Source: Felis catus
Lineage: Eukaryota
Length of the DNA stretch: 64,000 nt
Assembly: GCF_018350175.1 (NCBI RefSeq)
Contig: NC_058368.1
Span: 207,950,001 to 208,014,000, forward strand
Direction: 5' to 3'
The number at the start of each line of letters is the position of its first letter. Position 1 is the stretch's first letter. Positions 50,740 through 62,330 of this stretch are shown here, in pieces. The translations under genes were made by a program, and so were the position numbers. The notes under the pieces were generated by a model. The model saw only the letters and a list, made by a program, of their open reading frames with translations, did not search any database and was not told where the DNA came from.

Positions 50740-51234
50740 ATTATTATTAGTTGCCTACCCAGAATCCACTTTCCCCTTGCTAATGGCCTACTGTTTTCAA
50801 TTAGGTTTCTACTGTTGTCACGCACCACCCATGAGATGGGCACTGGTTGGCTTAGGCCAAATATACTAAACTCCTATTGGTTTAGAGGTAGCCATGTAAT
50901 CTCAACAGTCCAATCAGCGCTGATCTTGGGGCTCTGGCATGCAGTCATGGTACCAAAGTTGTTTTAATTGCTTTTCCTCTCAGAACCAGAGGATAAAGAT
51001 GGAAAGACAAGAACTGCTGGGGCCATTTTGCTGCTAGGATGGAAAGAGCTCAAGGAGGAAGCCAATGCGAAGAGACGTGTGCAGCTAAGTGGATCCCAGT
51101 CTGAGGTGAGCTGACTCTGAGGTTTGCCTCATCACCGAATTTCAATTTATAAAAGCTACTAGATCCCTTCATTGCTTATGCTGATTTGAGCAAACTCTTC
51201 TGTTTCTTGCACCAGAGAATTCATAACTGATACA
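50740..51234 (+). mobile_element. MLT1-type MaLR 5' LTR
   Basis: Ends TTCTGTTTCTTGCACCAGAGAATTCATAACTGATACA; followed directly by an internal-sequence start. Confidence 0.7.
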
Positions 51235-51430
51235 GAAATTTGGTTCCAGGAGTGGGGTACAGTAAAATACAAACCCTAAAATGTGGATTTGGCCGAGCAG
51301 AGGTGATGAGGTAAGCAGCAGTGACGTGTTGAGAGTCAGGCCTGAACCTACAAGGCACGTAAGGGGAAATAGTAGGAAATATCCAGGGTTTTTGATTACA
51401 GAAAGGTCCTACAATAAAGAAAAATCTGAC

Positions 51431-51676
51431 GTGTCACCTGAGTGGCTCAGTTGGGTGAGAGTCTGACTCTTGACTTTGGCTCAGGTCATGATCCCAGGGT
51501 CATGGGATTGAACCCAGCATTGGGCTCTGTGCTGAGTGTGTAGCCTACTTAAGATTCTCTCTCCCTCTCTCTCTTTCTCTCTCTCTCCCTCTACCCCTCT
51601 CCCCTGCTTGCATGCTCACTCATTCTCCCTCTCCCCCTCTAAAAATAAATAAATAAATAACGTAATAAAAAATAAA
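51431..51676 (+). mobile_element. Older Can-SINE
   Basis: Diverged head GTGTCACCTGAGTGGCTCAG, (CT)n, (AATA)n tail. Confidence 0.92.
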
Positions 51677-51897
51677 GGGGCGCCTGGGTGGCGCAGTCGG
51701 CTAAGCATCCGACTTCAGCCAGGTCACGATCTCACGGTCCGTGAGTTCGAGCCCCGCGTCGGGCTCTGGGCTGATGGCTCAGAGCCTGGAGCCTGGTTCC
51801 GATTCTGTGTCTCCCTCTCTCTCTGCCCCTCCCCCGTTCATGCTCTGTCTCTCTCTGTCCCAAAAATAAATAAATGTTGAAAAAAAAAAATTAAAAA
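51677..51897 (+). mobile_element. Young SINEC_Fc inserted in the tail of the previous SINE
   Basis: CpG-rich, near consensus; TSD AAAAAATAAAG. Confidence 0.97.
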
Positions 51898-53794
51898 AAA
51901 AAATAAAGAAATGACCTTAAGATGAAGTGACCCATCTGAAGGCAGAGAAGGAAGGGTATATGATTTTGCTTAGAAATTCCCTTTTTGGGTATGGACTGAA
52001 ATCAAGATGACTGAAATCTAGCAGCGTTGCAAAGACCAAATACTCTACTCCAAGTGAAGTAAAGATAGGAGGTAAGACTAGGGCAAAAGACAAGCCTGAC
52101 TCTTTAGACCACTCCCCAAAGCTTCCTACAAAACAGTATTCACCTGACAAGGCAAATAAGAGCAGCTATGATGGAACAAATCATTCCACAGCAAGTTATG
52201 GTCAGAAACTGTCCAGAAGCAGAAGTCAACCCAAAAGTAGCAGCCATTACACTAAGGCTTTAGGGGATGGTCATACAACAAAGGCTTATTGTTAGACAGT
52301 CTAAAGTCCTAGACTTAAATACAATGACTAGAGGCAGGCTGTCTGTTTATGGTTCTTAGCCTATGTCAAAATCTCTTGATGATAACTAAGTTTGTAAAGG
52401 AGTTATATTGCCAAAGAAATCCCAATCTTGGACAACCACAGTCCATGACTGTTCAACTCCTAAGACACTCTCAGGCTCTTTGAAGTTACACACAGAAAAG
52501 GGGATGCTAAAATTATGTAGCTCCTAGAAAGGGAAACATCTCTAGCTATTTCAGTGAACAAAAAGCCTCCAGGAGAAGAAAACCAGAGGCTGCCAAATTG
52601 ATTAATCTATTCCTCTACTGTCAGAGCATTTTCAGACGATGAGGCTGAGAAGAAAAAAAGCAAATCCTTTGTACAGCATTTCTAAGCCAGAGTTCTGAGA
52701 CTCACCCTGATTAGACAATTTAAGTCATGTTCACCTTCAAGTCACATAGTCACCCCAGGAGAATTATGTTTTATGTGTATGGTTGTTCAGGATGTGTCTG
52801 TGTTCATGTGTGTGTATGTTTTCCCAATTCTCCTCTTTTATAATGGAGATGTCTTCCATTGTGGTCATCCCTGGTCTTTCTCTGCTGTTATGTACTGGAT
52901 TTGTTGGTGATTGATAAATCTGTCTTATGCATGCTTTAACCAACCATGAAGAGCGACATCCAGACTGAAAGAAGTCCTGGACTTGGAACTAGATGCAGTA
53001 ATGGATGATACTTGGATTGTCTATTTTGGGGGATGGAATGATTGTACTTTATGCAGATGTGGATGGACGCTTTTAAAAATGCATGTATGGGAAGATAGAT
53101 GTATATAGGTGTTGTGTAGTAAAAAGGGTAGACTGTCTAAAACCACCTAACGTGTAAACTAGGATTGAGCAAATAATTTAAAATGGTATGGAGAATGAGA
53201 GCCAAGCTTCTCACGGTCAGGGAAAGGAGTTATAAATAAGGAAAAGGGGAAGGCTAGAATGAACTTGGTCACGTTGGAATCAAATTGGAGGTCATCACCA
53301 TGAACTTGTAATTTTTAATATGTAGATGCATATGACAATAGACCGAGATATCTATCTGCAGAGAAAGCCTAGAAGCCATGGCACTCAGTACCAATGGGCA
53401 CACTAATTGCCCAGATCATGGTTTCTGGTTACCATTCTCTAACGGAAATTACTAGTGTTCCTTGGAGAAATGGCTTGTTCTAGGTCTGAGGCAGAGAAAA
53501 TGCAGGATGGGCATGCAGTGTCTTGTGCTGCCAGAAGTAAGGAAGTACTAAAACAGAAACGATGGGGATATGTCAAAAGGACATAGGAGCCTACTTGAAG
53601 GAGTACCTAATGATCAAATCTGGGACAACTTGAACAACAAAATGAATAATGCTAATAATAGATTATAACCCATAGAATAAAGTGAGAATCCACAAACTAT
53701 ACTTACATATACAAACAAATGAGAGAGAAGAAAAGTAAATAGAATTCCACTAATAAACATAGAAAGAGTAATGAAATTAGAAAATCACCATTTG

Positions 53795-54017
53795 GGGGCG
53801 CCTGGGTGGCTCAGTTGGGTAAGCGTCCAGCTTTGGCTCAGGTCATGATCTCGCGGTTCGTGAGTTCGAGCCCCACGTTCGGGCTCTGTGCTGACAGCTC
53901 AGGGTCCAGAGCCTGTTTCAGATTTTGTGTTTCCCTCTCTCTCTGACCCTCCCCCATTCATGCTCTGTCTTTCTCTGTCTCAAAAATAAATAAACATTTA
54001 AAAAAAAGAAAAAAAAA
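53795..54017 (+). mobile_element. Can-SINE inserted in L1
   Basis: Perfect TSD AGAAAATCACCATTTG. Confidence 0.97.
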
Positions 54018-54530
54018 AGAAAATCACCATTTGACAAACACCACAGTAGTAATTGTTTCAGACATAAGTCATTAATAAATGCTAACATTAGTAAACAGAA
54101 GTATGATGAATAGGATATTTACATAATGTCAAAGTATCTTCCCAAAAGCTTATGATTAATTCCAATGGGAAAAATAGTAAGCTTATAATAGAGAAACATG
54201 ACAAGCCCCAGCTTCATTTAGTGATTTAATTTTACTTACTGTAATGGTCCAAGTCACTGTCATATGTCTCTGGTTAGAACACACTCAGATAGATACAGCA
54301 TCACTCTGTGTTATTTGTTCCAAAAATATATAAACTGAATTTAAATCATGAGCAACCATCAGGCGAATCCAAACTGAGGGCCATTCTATAAAATAATTGA
54401 CCAGCACTCTTTAAAAATGTCAAGATCATGAAAGACAATGAAAGACAAAGAGAAACTATGCCAGATTAAAGGAAACCAAGGAGACACAATAACCAAATGC
54501 AAAGTGTGATCCTGGATTAGGCCTTGAACC

Positions 54531-54634
54531 TGAAAGAAAGAAAGAGAGAGAGAGAGAGAGAGAGGAAGGAAGGAAGGAAGGAAGCAAGGAAGGAAGAAAA
54601 GAAAGGAAAGAAGGAAAAGAAAGGAGAAAAAGGA

Positions 54635-54702
<68 letters not shown>

Positions 54703-54714
54703 AGAAAAGAAAGA
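54531..54714. repeat. Compound (GA)n/(GGAA)n/(GAAA)n microsatellite
   Basis: Direct reading; pure (GAAA)n about 54637-54703. Confidence 0.95.
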
Positions 54715-55629
54715 CATTAGTGGAACAGTTGGTGATATTCAAATAAGGTCTGTAGATTAATAACAGTATTGTAGTAAACTTCCTGATATTGATCTTTGTA
54801 CAGAAGTTATGTTGGATGTTAACATCTGGAGAACCTGGGTAAAGAATATACAGGAAGTCTTTGTACTAAACTTATAACATACTTGCACATGAAATCACTT
54901 CAAAATGAAAAGTTTAACACTCTTTAAATTACATTTTAAAACTTGAAAAAATCCTCAGCCTTTAAAATGTTTCCACGGTCCCCACTTCTTTAAAATCTTT
55001 CCTGATCCCTTAGCTATCACAGTTTCATACTTATGTTCTTGTCTATATCCTAATAGTTTCTGTTATGACTCAGAGGCCCGTAGACCAGCAGCCTGTCAGC
55101 TAAATTGGGCTCCAATCCTTTTAGGTTTGACTGGCACAAAAATCTTCTCATCCCTGAAAATTTGATTTGTCACAGCTCCCAACTACTCTTTATTGTCTCA
55201 GACATCAGGCTAGCTCTATTCATTTATTCACTTAGATCCCGTTTTTTCTTTTTTCTTTTTTTTTTTTAGTAGTAGTAGTTTAAACATTTCTACCAAAATC
55301 TTGAAGTTTTGTGTAACAAATTAAGCAAAAATATATTTTCATAGATAACTTGACTTCAGGCTGTTTGAATAATCACGTTTGCTGATTCATTGGGTCTGAG
55401 TTAATGTTCGCCTGACTTTTATTACATGATGAAAATAAATGCTATTTCATTTTTGACTCAGAAATAGCTATTAGTCACCAAATTCTGAACACTGCTCTTT
55501 GAGTTTAATGGCAGTTTAGATCAATCGCCAAATACATGAAAATGAGGAGGTTCAGAGAGATTTTGCATTTATTACTCATTTCTCAGAAACCTGATGGATT
55601 CTTGGTTTAGAGATTACATCATCTCTTCC

Positions 55630-55864
55630 AGAGTCTTCCTCCACCCCATAATCCAATCACCTGGGATGTTTTTAAAGTACTGATGTTTAGATGCTACTCT
55701 CAGAGATTCAGATTGAATTCTTGTGCAGTAGGACATAGAGTTTCTTTTTCTTTCTTTCTTTTTCTGGGTTTCCCAGGTGATTCTAATGTCTTGAGTACCA
55801 CTTGTTCTCAACCACTGATCTTGTTTCGAGAACTATTGATCTTGTTTTGAGAACTACTGATCTT
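55630..55864. mobile_element. MER5 relic with tandemly repeated end
   Basis: AATCACCTGGGATG...CAGAGATTCAGATTGAATT...CCCAGGTGATTCTAATGT, then 21-bp repeats. Confidence 0.65.
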
Positions 55865-56447
55865 CCATGGTTGTGTTTGAGGGGAGCGAGGACCTGTTGT
55901 CCTAGGGAAAGGGTATTCCAGAACTTTGGTAACTTGACAAAGTTTACCCCTTTCAATACTCCTTCATATGTAGGGCAGCTCACTGAGAAGAAAGTATACA
56001 TTAACATGTCCTGGGGAGCTTGTTAAGCATGCAGATTCCAGGGTCACACCCTCACATATTCTGATTCAGTGTTTACTGCACACCACACGAATTAGCTGTT
56101 AGCTGCTCCATTGAAAGAAGACCTAGAACTCTCTGGGTTCAAAGCTTTATTTCTGAATTAACTTGTTCTGACGCATTCATTTCTCCCACTACTTTGCTTC
56201 TTCTTAATCCCACCAACTTCCAAAAGTACTGCTCATCCTCCAATTTTCATCTTCACTTTTCCCATTATTAGACTTAACTTCTGGCACTTTCTTCTTCTTG
56301 GCCCCTCATTAACCATCGTTATGGCCTCCCCCTGTGAATCTGCATTAGTTTGTCTTGGGAAACTGCCCACACACGTAGGCCTGTTCTTCCCAGAGATTTC
56401 TCTGCTTCAAAGTCACCTCTCCCACCTTCCATAAGCTAGATTTGCCC

Positions 56448-56884
56448 CTATTTGAGTTTCGCTGTATCTGCTGGTTAAAAAGCCACCTTAAAACTTGATG
56501 GCTTAACACCACTACCATAATTCTATAGGATAGCTGGATGTTTCTTCTAGTCTGGACCAGCTGGGCCAGAATGGGACTCATTCTCATCTTTGAGACCTCA
56601 CCTGGAATGTCTCACGTGGGACAGCTTGAGGCCTGTCTCCACGTGATCTCTCATTCTCCACTAGGTCTCTGGGCTTCTCTGTATGGTAGTGGAAGGCCTC
56701 CATGGAAAGAGCAAGAAAGGGCAAGCCCCACTGAGCAAGTGTTTCTTCAAGCCTCTGCTTGCATTATCTCTGTTTGTGTCCCACAGACCAAAGTAAGTCA
56801 CACGGCCAAGCCCAGAGTCAATATGGGAAGTGGCTACCTAAAGGCATGAATCACTGGTGCCCACTACTACAAAAGTAGACCACA
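56448..56884 (-). mobile_element. MLT1 (G/H-like) 3' LTR
   Basis: CCACCTTAAAACTTGATGGCTTAA...CAAAGTAAGTCACACGGCCAAGCCCAGAGTCAA...ACCACA. Confidence 0.7.
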
Positions 56885-58150
56885 ACCTTTTTCCTAATTC
56901 CAATTATTCATTCGCCTGTCATGTGCAAAATATACTCCCTCCCTCTGAGCAGCCCTACCAATCTCATTTACCTGTAGCACTAGGCTCCAAGGCCTGAGTC
57001 CTGTGATTTCTATCAAGTCCAAATGAGGGTGAATTCCTTGGCTGTGGTTCCTTTGGATTCAGAAACCTGTAAGTGGAAGAGACAAATTACATGCTCTGCG
57101 AACACTCAACAAACAATGAAAGATAGGGCCAGGACAATTGCAGTAAATACTTCCCTTCAAAACGGGAATTAAGGGAAGATACACAGCAGGCACAGAATTC
57201 ATAAGAATTCTGGAATCCTGCCAGGCACGTGTTGCCAGGTCTTTCTGTTCTGAGAGCAGGACCCAGTCCTGTCCCTGGGAGCCCCTTCCTGATCCATTAT
57301 TCCCCATCGCTTTTGGTGTCTCCATCCTGGTTCTTGGCTTTGCCTTCCTCTTTTGCTTAAGAAATAGTCTGTGTTGGCTTCTGAGTAGCTTTCTGAGACA
57401 ACTTCTTACTAAACAAAACAAAAACAAAAACAAAAAAGATTGGGGGCCCCCAAAGACCATTTTGCAGTTTGTGAAATTTTAGCTCTTTTACTCCAAGCTG
57501 GCTATATATTTTGTTGTTGTAGTTTGTTTGCTTTTAATTAAGAGTTTATTTTTTTTTAGAATTGTTTTGGGTTCACAGCAAAATTGAGGGGAAAGTACAG
57601 AAATTTCTCATCAACCCTCTTCCTCTGCACATGCACAGCCCTTCTGTTGTCAACATCCTCCACCAGAGTAGTACATGTGTTACTACTGATGAACCTGCAT
57701 TGACACATCATAATCGTCCAAGGTCCATAGTTTACGTTACGGTTCAGTCTCAATGTTGTACATTCTCTGGTTTGGGGCAAATGTATAACGATACATACCA
57801 TCATTATAGGCTCAGACAGAGTATTTTCAGCTCCCTTAAGAATCTCTGTGTTTTGCCTATTCATCCCCACCAAACCCTGGCAACCACCAATCTGTTTATT
57901 GTCGTCTTAGATTTTCCAGAATGTATCGTCTCTTTTTTCAGTACAACTCTCTTTAAAATGCCGTACGTGTTCTATTATTGTCACTTCAGTTGACTACATG
58001 CTCCAAAACCACATCCATAAATTCTTTTTGAGACTGGCGTCTCTCTTCTTTGGGCATGTCTGGCTGCTGTGAAGCAATCCCACTAAGATTGTTAGAAGTT
58101 CTTTTGTCTACCTGAGATGTTCCCCTGGAAACCATCTTGTAAAACCCGAA
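56885..58150 (-). mobile_element. MLT1-int relic, L1-interrupted
   Basis: CATGTGCAAAATATACTC..., GTGGTTCCTTTGGATTCAGAAACCTGTAAG, AATTCTGGAATCCTGCCAGGCA resemble antisense MaLR internal 3' sequence. Confidence 0.6.
57540..57925 (-). mobile_element. L1MC1-like 3' end
   Basis: GGTTCACAGCAAAATTGAG..GAAAGTACAGA...GATGAACCTGCATTGACACATCATAATC..CCAAGGTCCATAGTTTAC. Confidence 0.85.
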
Positions 58151-58596
58151 ACTCAAAATTCAAGAACAAATAAGTTTCAAAACAAAACAAAAGAATAGGA
58201 AGGGATTGTTTCTGCAAGGGTAGCAACATAGAAAAAGACCAGGAATTTGCAAGGAACGGATCCGGGACATACAGTTCTCACTGGGCACTGTAGAGAGAGA
58301 TAAGTTGAACCTGATTAAAGGCACAGGACTGGGAAAACGGCCACAATTTGGCAGCTGTTGTCCTAACGTTTATTCGGTCTCCTGAAGTGTTTTTTTTACG
58401 TAAGAGATTGTATGTTTTCAAGTTATTGCAGGGTATTTGTCATATATTATTTTAAATGGCTGGATGGTTCTCCATCAAATTAGTATGTCATCCTTTACCA
58501 TTTCCCTGTAGCATCTTATGTGGGCAGTTTGGGGTTTCTGCTATTAAAATAGCTCTGCCGTCATCATTTTTCTACATTTTTACCTTTTAAAAACAG

Positions 58597-58795
58597 TTTT
58601 TAAGTTTATTTATTTTGAGGAGGCGAGAACATGAGCAGGGTAGAGGCAAAGAGAGAGGGGAGAGAGAGAACCCCAAGCGGGCTCCACACTGTCAACACAG
58701 AGCCCAATTTGGGGCTCGAACTCATGAACTGTGAGATTGTGACCTGTGCCAAAATCAAGTTAGAGGCTTAACCAACTGAGCCACCCAGGTGCCCC
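58597..58795 (-). mobile_element. Can-SINE within old L1 relic
   Basis: TSD TACATTTTT; ends CCACCCAGGTGCCCC. Confidence 0.95.
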
Positions 58796-59129
58796 TATAC
58801 ATTTTTTACTCTCGGGTTAATTGATTGTGATGCATTTTCCAACCTTTTAGGAATTGGACCACTGGGTAGTGGTATAAAAACATATCTGAAGTGGCCATTG
58901 TTTTCTAGAAGAATTGTACCAGTTTATTACACTGTCATTAGCTTACTTGTTTCCCCGAAGACTTACTATCATTTTTATCGGTTTTCTTTTTTTTTTTTTT
59001 TTTAGAATTTAGCAGACAAAATGGCATCTCATGTCTTTAATTTCTATTTCTTTAACTTCTAAGTAGACAACCGTCTTTCCTTTTGTTAAATTACTCGAAC
59101 TAATCTCTGTGTGTATGTGTGTTGTGTCC

Positions 59130-59520
59130 TCCAATTGTAGAGTGTAAAATTAACGTTAAGTTTGGCTGAAGACAAAAACAAAAATATTTTGAACAATAGA
59201 AAATTTAACAGTGGCTTTTTTCTTACCCACATGACAGAAGTCTGGGGGCAGCCCAGTGCTGCCTGGCACTCCAAGCTGTCAGGGACCGGGGCTCAGTAGA
59301 TCTTAACTGCTCTGCATTCCTCAGGATGAGCTCTTACCACATGATTTGCATTCCTGTTGGCAGGAAGGAGATGGGGGTGGGGTGGGATAAGCCACTTCCC
59401 TTGAAGGACATTTTCTAGAAGGTGCACACCACTCCTGTGTATATTGCATTGGTCAGCACTTCTAAGGAAAACAGAGGGACAAGAGCTATCGTGTTGACCA
59501 GCAGCCTCTGCCACACACGG
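59130..59520 (-). mobile_element. MLT1 LTR relic
   Basis: AGAAGTCTGGGGGCAG...CTTCCCTTGAAGGACATTTTCTAGAAG...ATATTGCATTGGTCAG. Confidence 0.5.
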
Positions 59521-60552
59521 CAAATGTCCACCTCCACCATCTGGGCTGAGTGAGTTACAGCTCTGGGGGGCAGAGATGGTGTAGTTCAGCAGGAGGAGGA
59601 AACGAGAAGAGTCCCAGGACTCAGGCTGGCCCAGAGATGGCTGTGTGGGGGTGCGAAGATGCCACGCATGGGAAGTCGGATTCTGTCTGGTCCCGGCCCC
59701 TTCCCAGGCTGAAGTCTTAGCCTTCTCTAATGGACCTTTCAAATGGACCCCAGATTCTCATCATTTTTCAGGGTCCTGCTCACATCTCAATTCCTCCAGC
59801 AGCTTTCCCTAACCAGCCCAAGAACTTAGTACTCATTTGAACCGAGACACCAAGACGGGTCTTGTTATCATCTCTATATGTGTAGTTGACTCAAAGGGAT
59901 TACAAATTTATGAAGAGTAGTCATAGCACCTTATGTTTTTCAGTGGCCAGCACCCTCTACCTATCTACCCTTCCACATTTTCCTTATCTCAGTTTAGGAA
60001 TCCCTACTCTCAAATATCCTGTTTTTAGGGAAACAAGGTTCCTAAATTTGGTGAACACAGTTTGCTCAAAAATTTATCCGGTGTCTATTTACACAGTCGG
60101 CTTTCATGTTCTTCTAGCTGGTAAACAAACTATACAGCACTAGGATAAGAACATTTGGAACTTCATCATATGATGTTTTGTTTGGTTGTGTTGTGTTGAT
60201 TCCACAGATCTGCTTGAGAGATAGAGCAGAGTTATCAAAGAATATATTCCTGAAAATCGCTGCATGTGGCTTGAAGCTGTATATCAGGGAAATGTTAAGT
60301 GTATGACAAATTGGAGGATGGTGTGTGGTAATCAAAATGTAACCGTCTGTTTCATAAAAGGGGCATATGCACTATTTAGTCACAAATCTGTAATATGTAT
60401 CGAGCGCCTGCTACCTACAAGGCACTATGTCATGTAACGTGGGGTCAGATCTATGGGAAACTCAGGATGAATCAGACCAGGATTCTGCTCTCAAGAAGTT
60501 TTTCACTTTGTAGGTGAAACATACACACATAAGTGTAACTTTGTGCTTTGGC

Positions 60553-60577
60553 TTTTTTTGTTTTGTTTTTTTGAGTG

Positions 60578-60620
<43 letters not shown>

Positions 60621-61012
60621 GAAAGAGCGAGCGTGGGAGGGGCAGAGGGAGAGGGTGAAAGAATCTTTTTTTTTTTTCAACGTTTTTTATTTATTTTTGG
60701 GACAGAGAGAGACAGAGCATGAACGGGGGAGGGGCAGAGAGAGAGGGAGACACAGAATCGGAAACAGGCTCCAGGCTCTGAGCCATCAGCCCAGAGCCTG
60801 ACGCGGGGCTTGAACTCACGGACCGCGAGATCGTGACCTGGCTGAAGTCGGACGCTTAACCGACTGCGCCACCCAGGCGCCCCATGAATCTTAAGCAGGC
60901 TCTACGCAGCATGGAGCCCAATGTGGGACGCAGCATGGAGCCCAATGTGGGACATGACCTGAGGGGAAATCAAGAGTCAGACACTTAACCCACTGAGCCG
61001 CCCAGACGCCCC
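60553..61012 (-). mobile_element. Older Can-SINE (host), interrupted by a younger SINE
   Basis: (GAAA)n 3' part 60553-60667; 5' part 60884-61012 ending CCCAGACGCCCC. Confidence 0.9.
60668..60883 (-). mobile_element. Young SINEC_Fc nested in a SINE
   Basis: Near-consensus with CpGs intact; TSD GAATCTT. Confidence 0.97.
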
Positions 61013-61514
61013 TACATGTAACCTTTTAATTATCCCTTGACCTGTTGAAGTGTGGAAGCGACCCCATGTACAGACAGAAAACCTGTATCAAGCACCAACA
61101 GGCAAGAGTAGAGTGGCTCAAAGTAGCCCTTGACTCTGCCCTGGGGATACCTGTCAGTCTGTGATCAGTTACCTCAGATGGGGCTCAAGAATACTCCTGC
61201 CCTCTTTCTGGGTTCCTCTTCCAGAGTCTTTTTTTTTTTTTTTTTTTTTTTTTGCTTTTTCCCCCCTCTGCCCTCCCTCTGGGCCCTTCTACTTTGGTTT
61301 CTGCTTGTACTGAGGCATAGGCATGGAAAAGCATCTTTCCTGGTCTAGCTTCAGAGTGTATCATTCATTCATTCAACAACCATCTGACCAAATATTTTCT
61401 TAAAAATCTTTAACTTCCTCTTGCCAATATGGACAAATAGCATTACCCCAGTGTGTTATTGTGCTAATAGAGATTCTACCTTTCTTACCAAGAATCATCT
61501 GCATTATCTGCTTT

Positions 61515-61725
61515 AAAAAAATGTTTTTTAATGTTTATTTTTGAGAGAGAGAGAGAGAGGCAGACTGCAGGCAGGGGAGGGACAGAGAGAGAGGGAGAGA
61601 CAGAATCAGAAGCAGGCTCCAAACTGTCAGCACAGAGCCCGACACAGGGCTGGAACCCACGAACTGTGAGATCACGACCTGAACCGAAGTCAGATGCTTA
61701 ACCGGCTGAGCCACCCAGGTGCCCC
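61515..61725 (-). mobile_element. Can-SINE
   Basis: TSD CATTATCTGCTTT. Confidence 0.95.
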
Positions 61726-62099
61726 TACATTATCTGCTTTTAGATCCTACCTTGATATGAAACAGAGCTCTAAGGAGACAAAGTTTGGTTGGGGAGAACC
61801 CTTTCCTCCCATGGGGGAAGCAATGGGGTCATAAGGAGGAGCAGAAAGTAAGGTAGGGATAGATGTCAAGATCAAGAGGACAGTATAAACCCAGGCAGGG
61901 TGGCAGGCATCCTTGGGGTGGGGGCGGAATTTGCATGGGTGTATAGGGCTGAAATTCAGGAGGTGTTGATAATGTCTCTTGTTAGGTGCTACTCGTCACG
62001 TTAATTATTGTGTGTTTTGGCTCTTACCATTTGAGAAGGGGTAGAAGTAAAAGGTATGAAAGGTGGGAGAGGCTTGTTGAGGGCCTAGGCTAGGAAGCT

Positions 62100-62330
62100 G
62101 AAAGGCAGTGTGGAGCCAAGAACAAGCGTGGCCTTGGAATCAGGTAAAAGGAACACCCGAGTTCACATTTCCTCTCTATCAGGTATTGACTGTGTGGGTT
62201 TGGGCAAACTACTGATTTCTCATGTGTAAAATGAGGATAATAGTAGTAACATCATACCTAATACACAGGAATGTCTTGCTTCTCCCCAGAAGTCACTAAA
62301 CATTTTAAGCAGACCGTGCTGTAATAACGT
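62100..62330 (+). mobile_element. MIR relic
   Basis: GGCCTTGGAATCAG...TTTGGGCAA...TTTCTCATGTGTAAAATGAGGATAATAGTA. Confidence 0.7.

Larger units (their letters stand above)
51235..53133 (+). mobile_element. MLT1-int (MaLR internal region) relic
   Basis: Starts GAAATTTGGTTCCAGGAGTGGGGT; 3' part CCTGGACTTGGAACTAGATGCAGTAATGGATGA; ends AAAAAGGGTAGAC|TGT. Confidence 0.65.
53150..54920 (+). mobile_element. L1MC4-like 3' region
   Basis: TGCCCAGATCATGGTTTCT...CCTTGGAGAAATGGCT...; AAATGCAAAGTGTGATCCTGGATT...GACATTAGTGGAACAGTTGGTGA. Confidence 0.8.

Noticed and set aside
54386..54760. F/L/S-rich and K/E/R-rich ORFs
   Set aside because: Translations of the GAAA microsatellite
55801..55864. Regular short repeats as a possible CRISPR-like array
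   Set aside because: Tandem units without unique spacers, in mammalian DNA, at a MER5 end
57556..57993. Overlapping 105-aa and 143-aa ORFs
   Set aside because: Within L1MC1 3' UTR sequence
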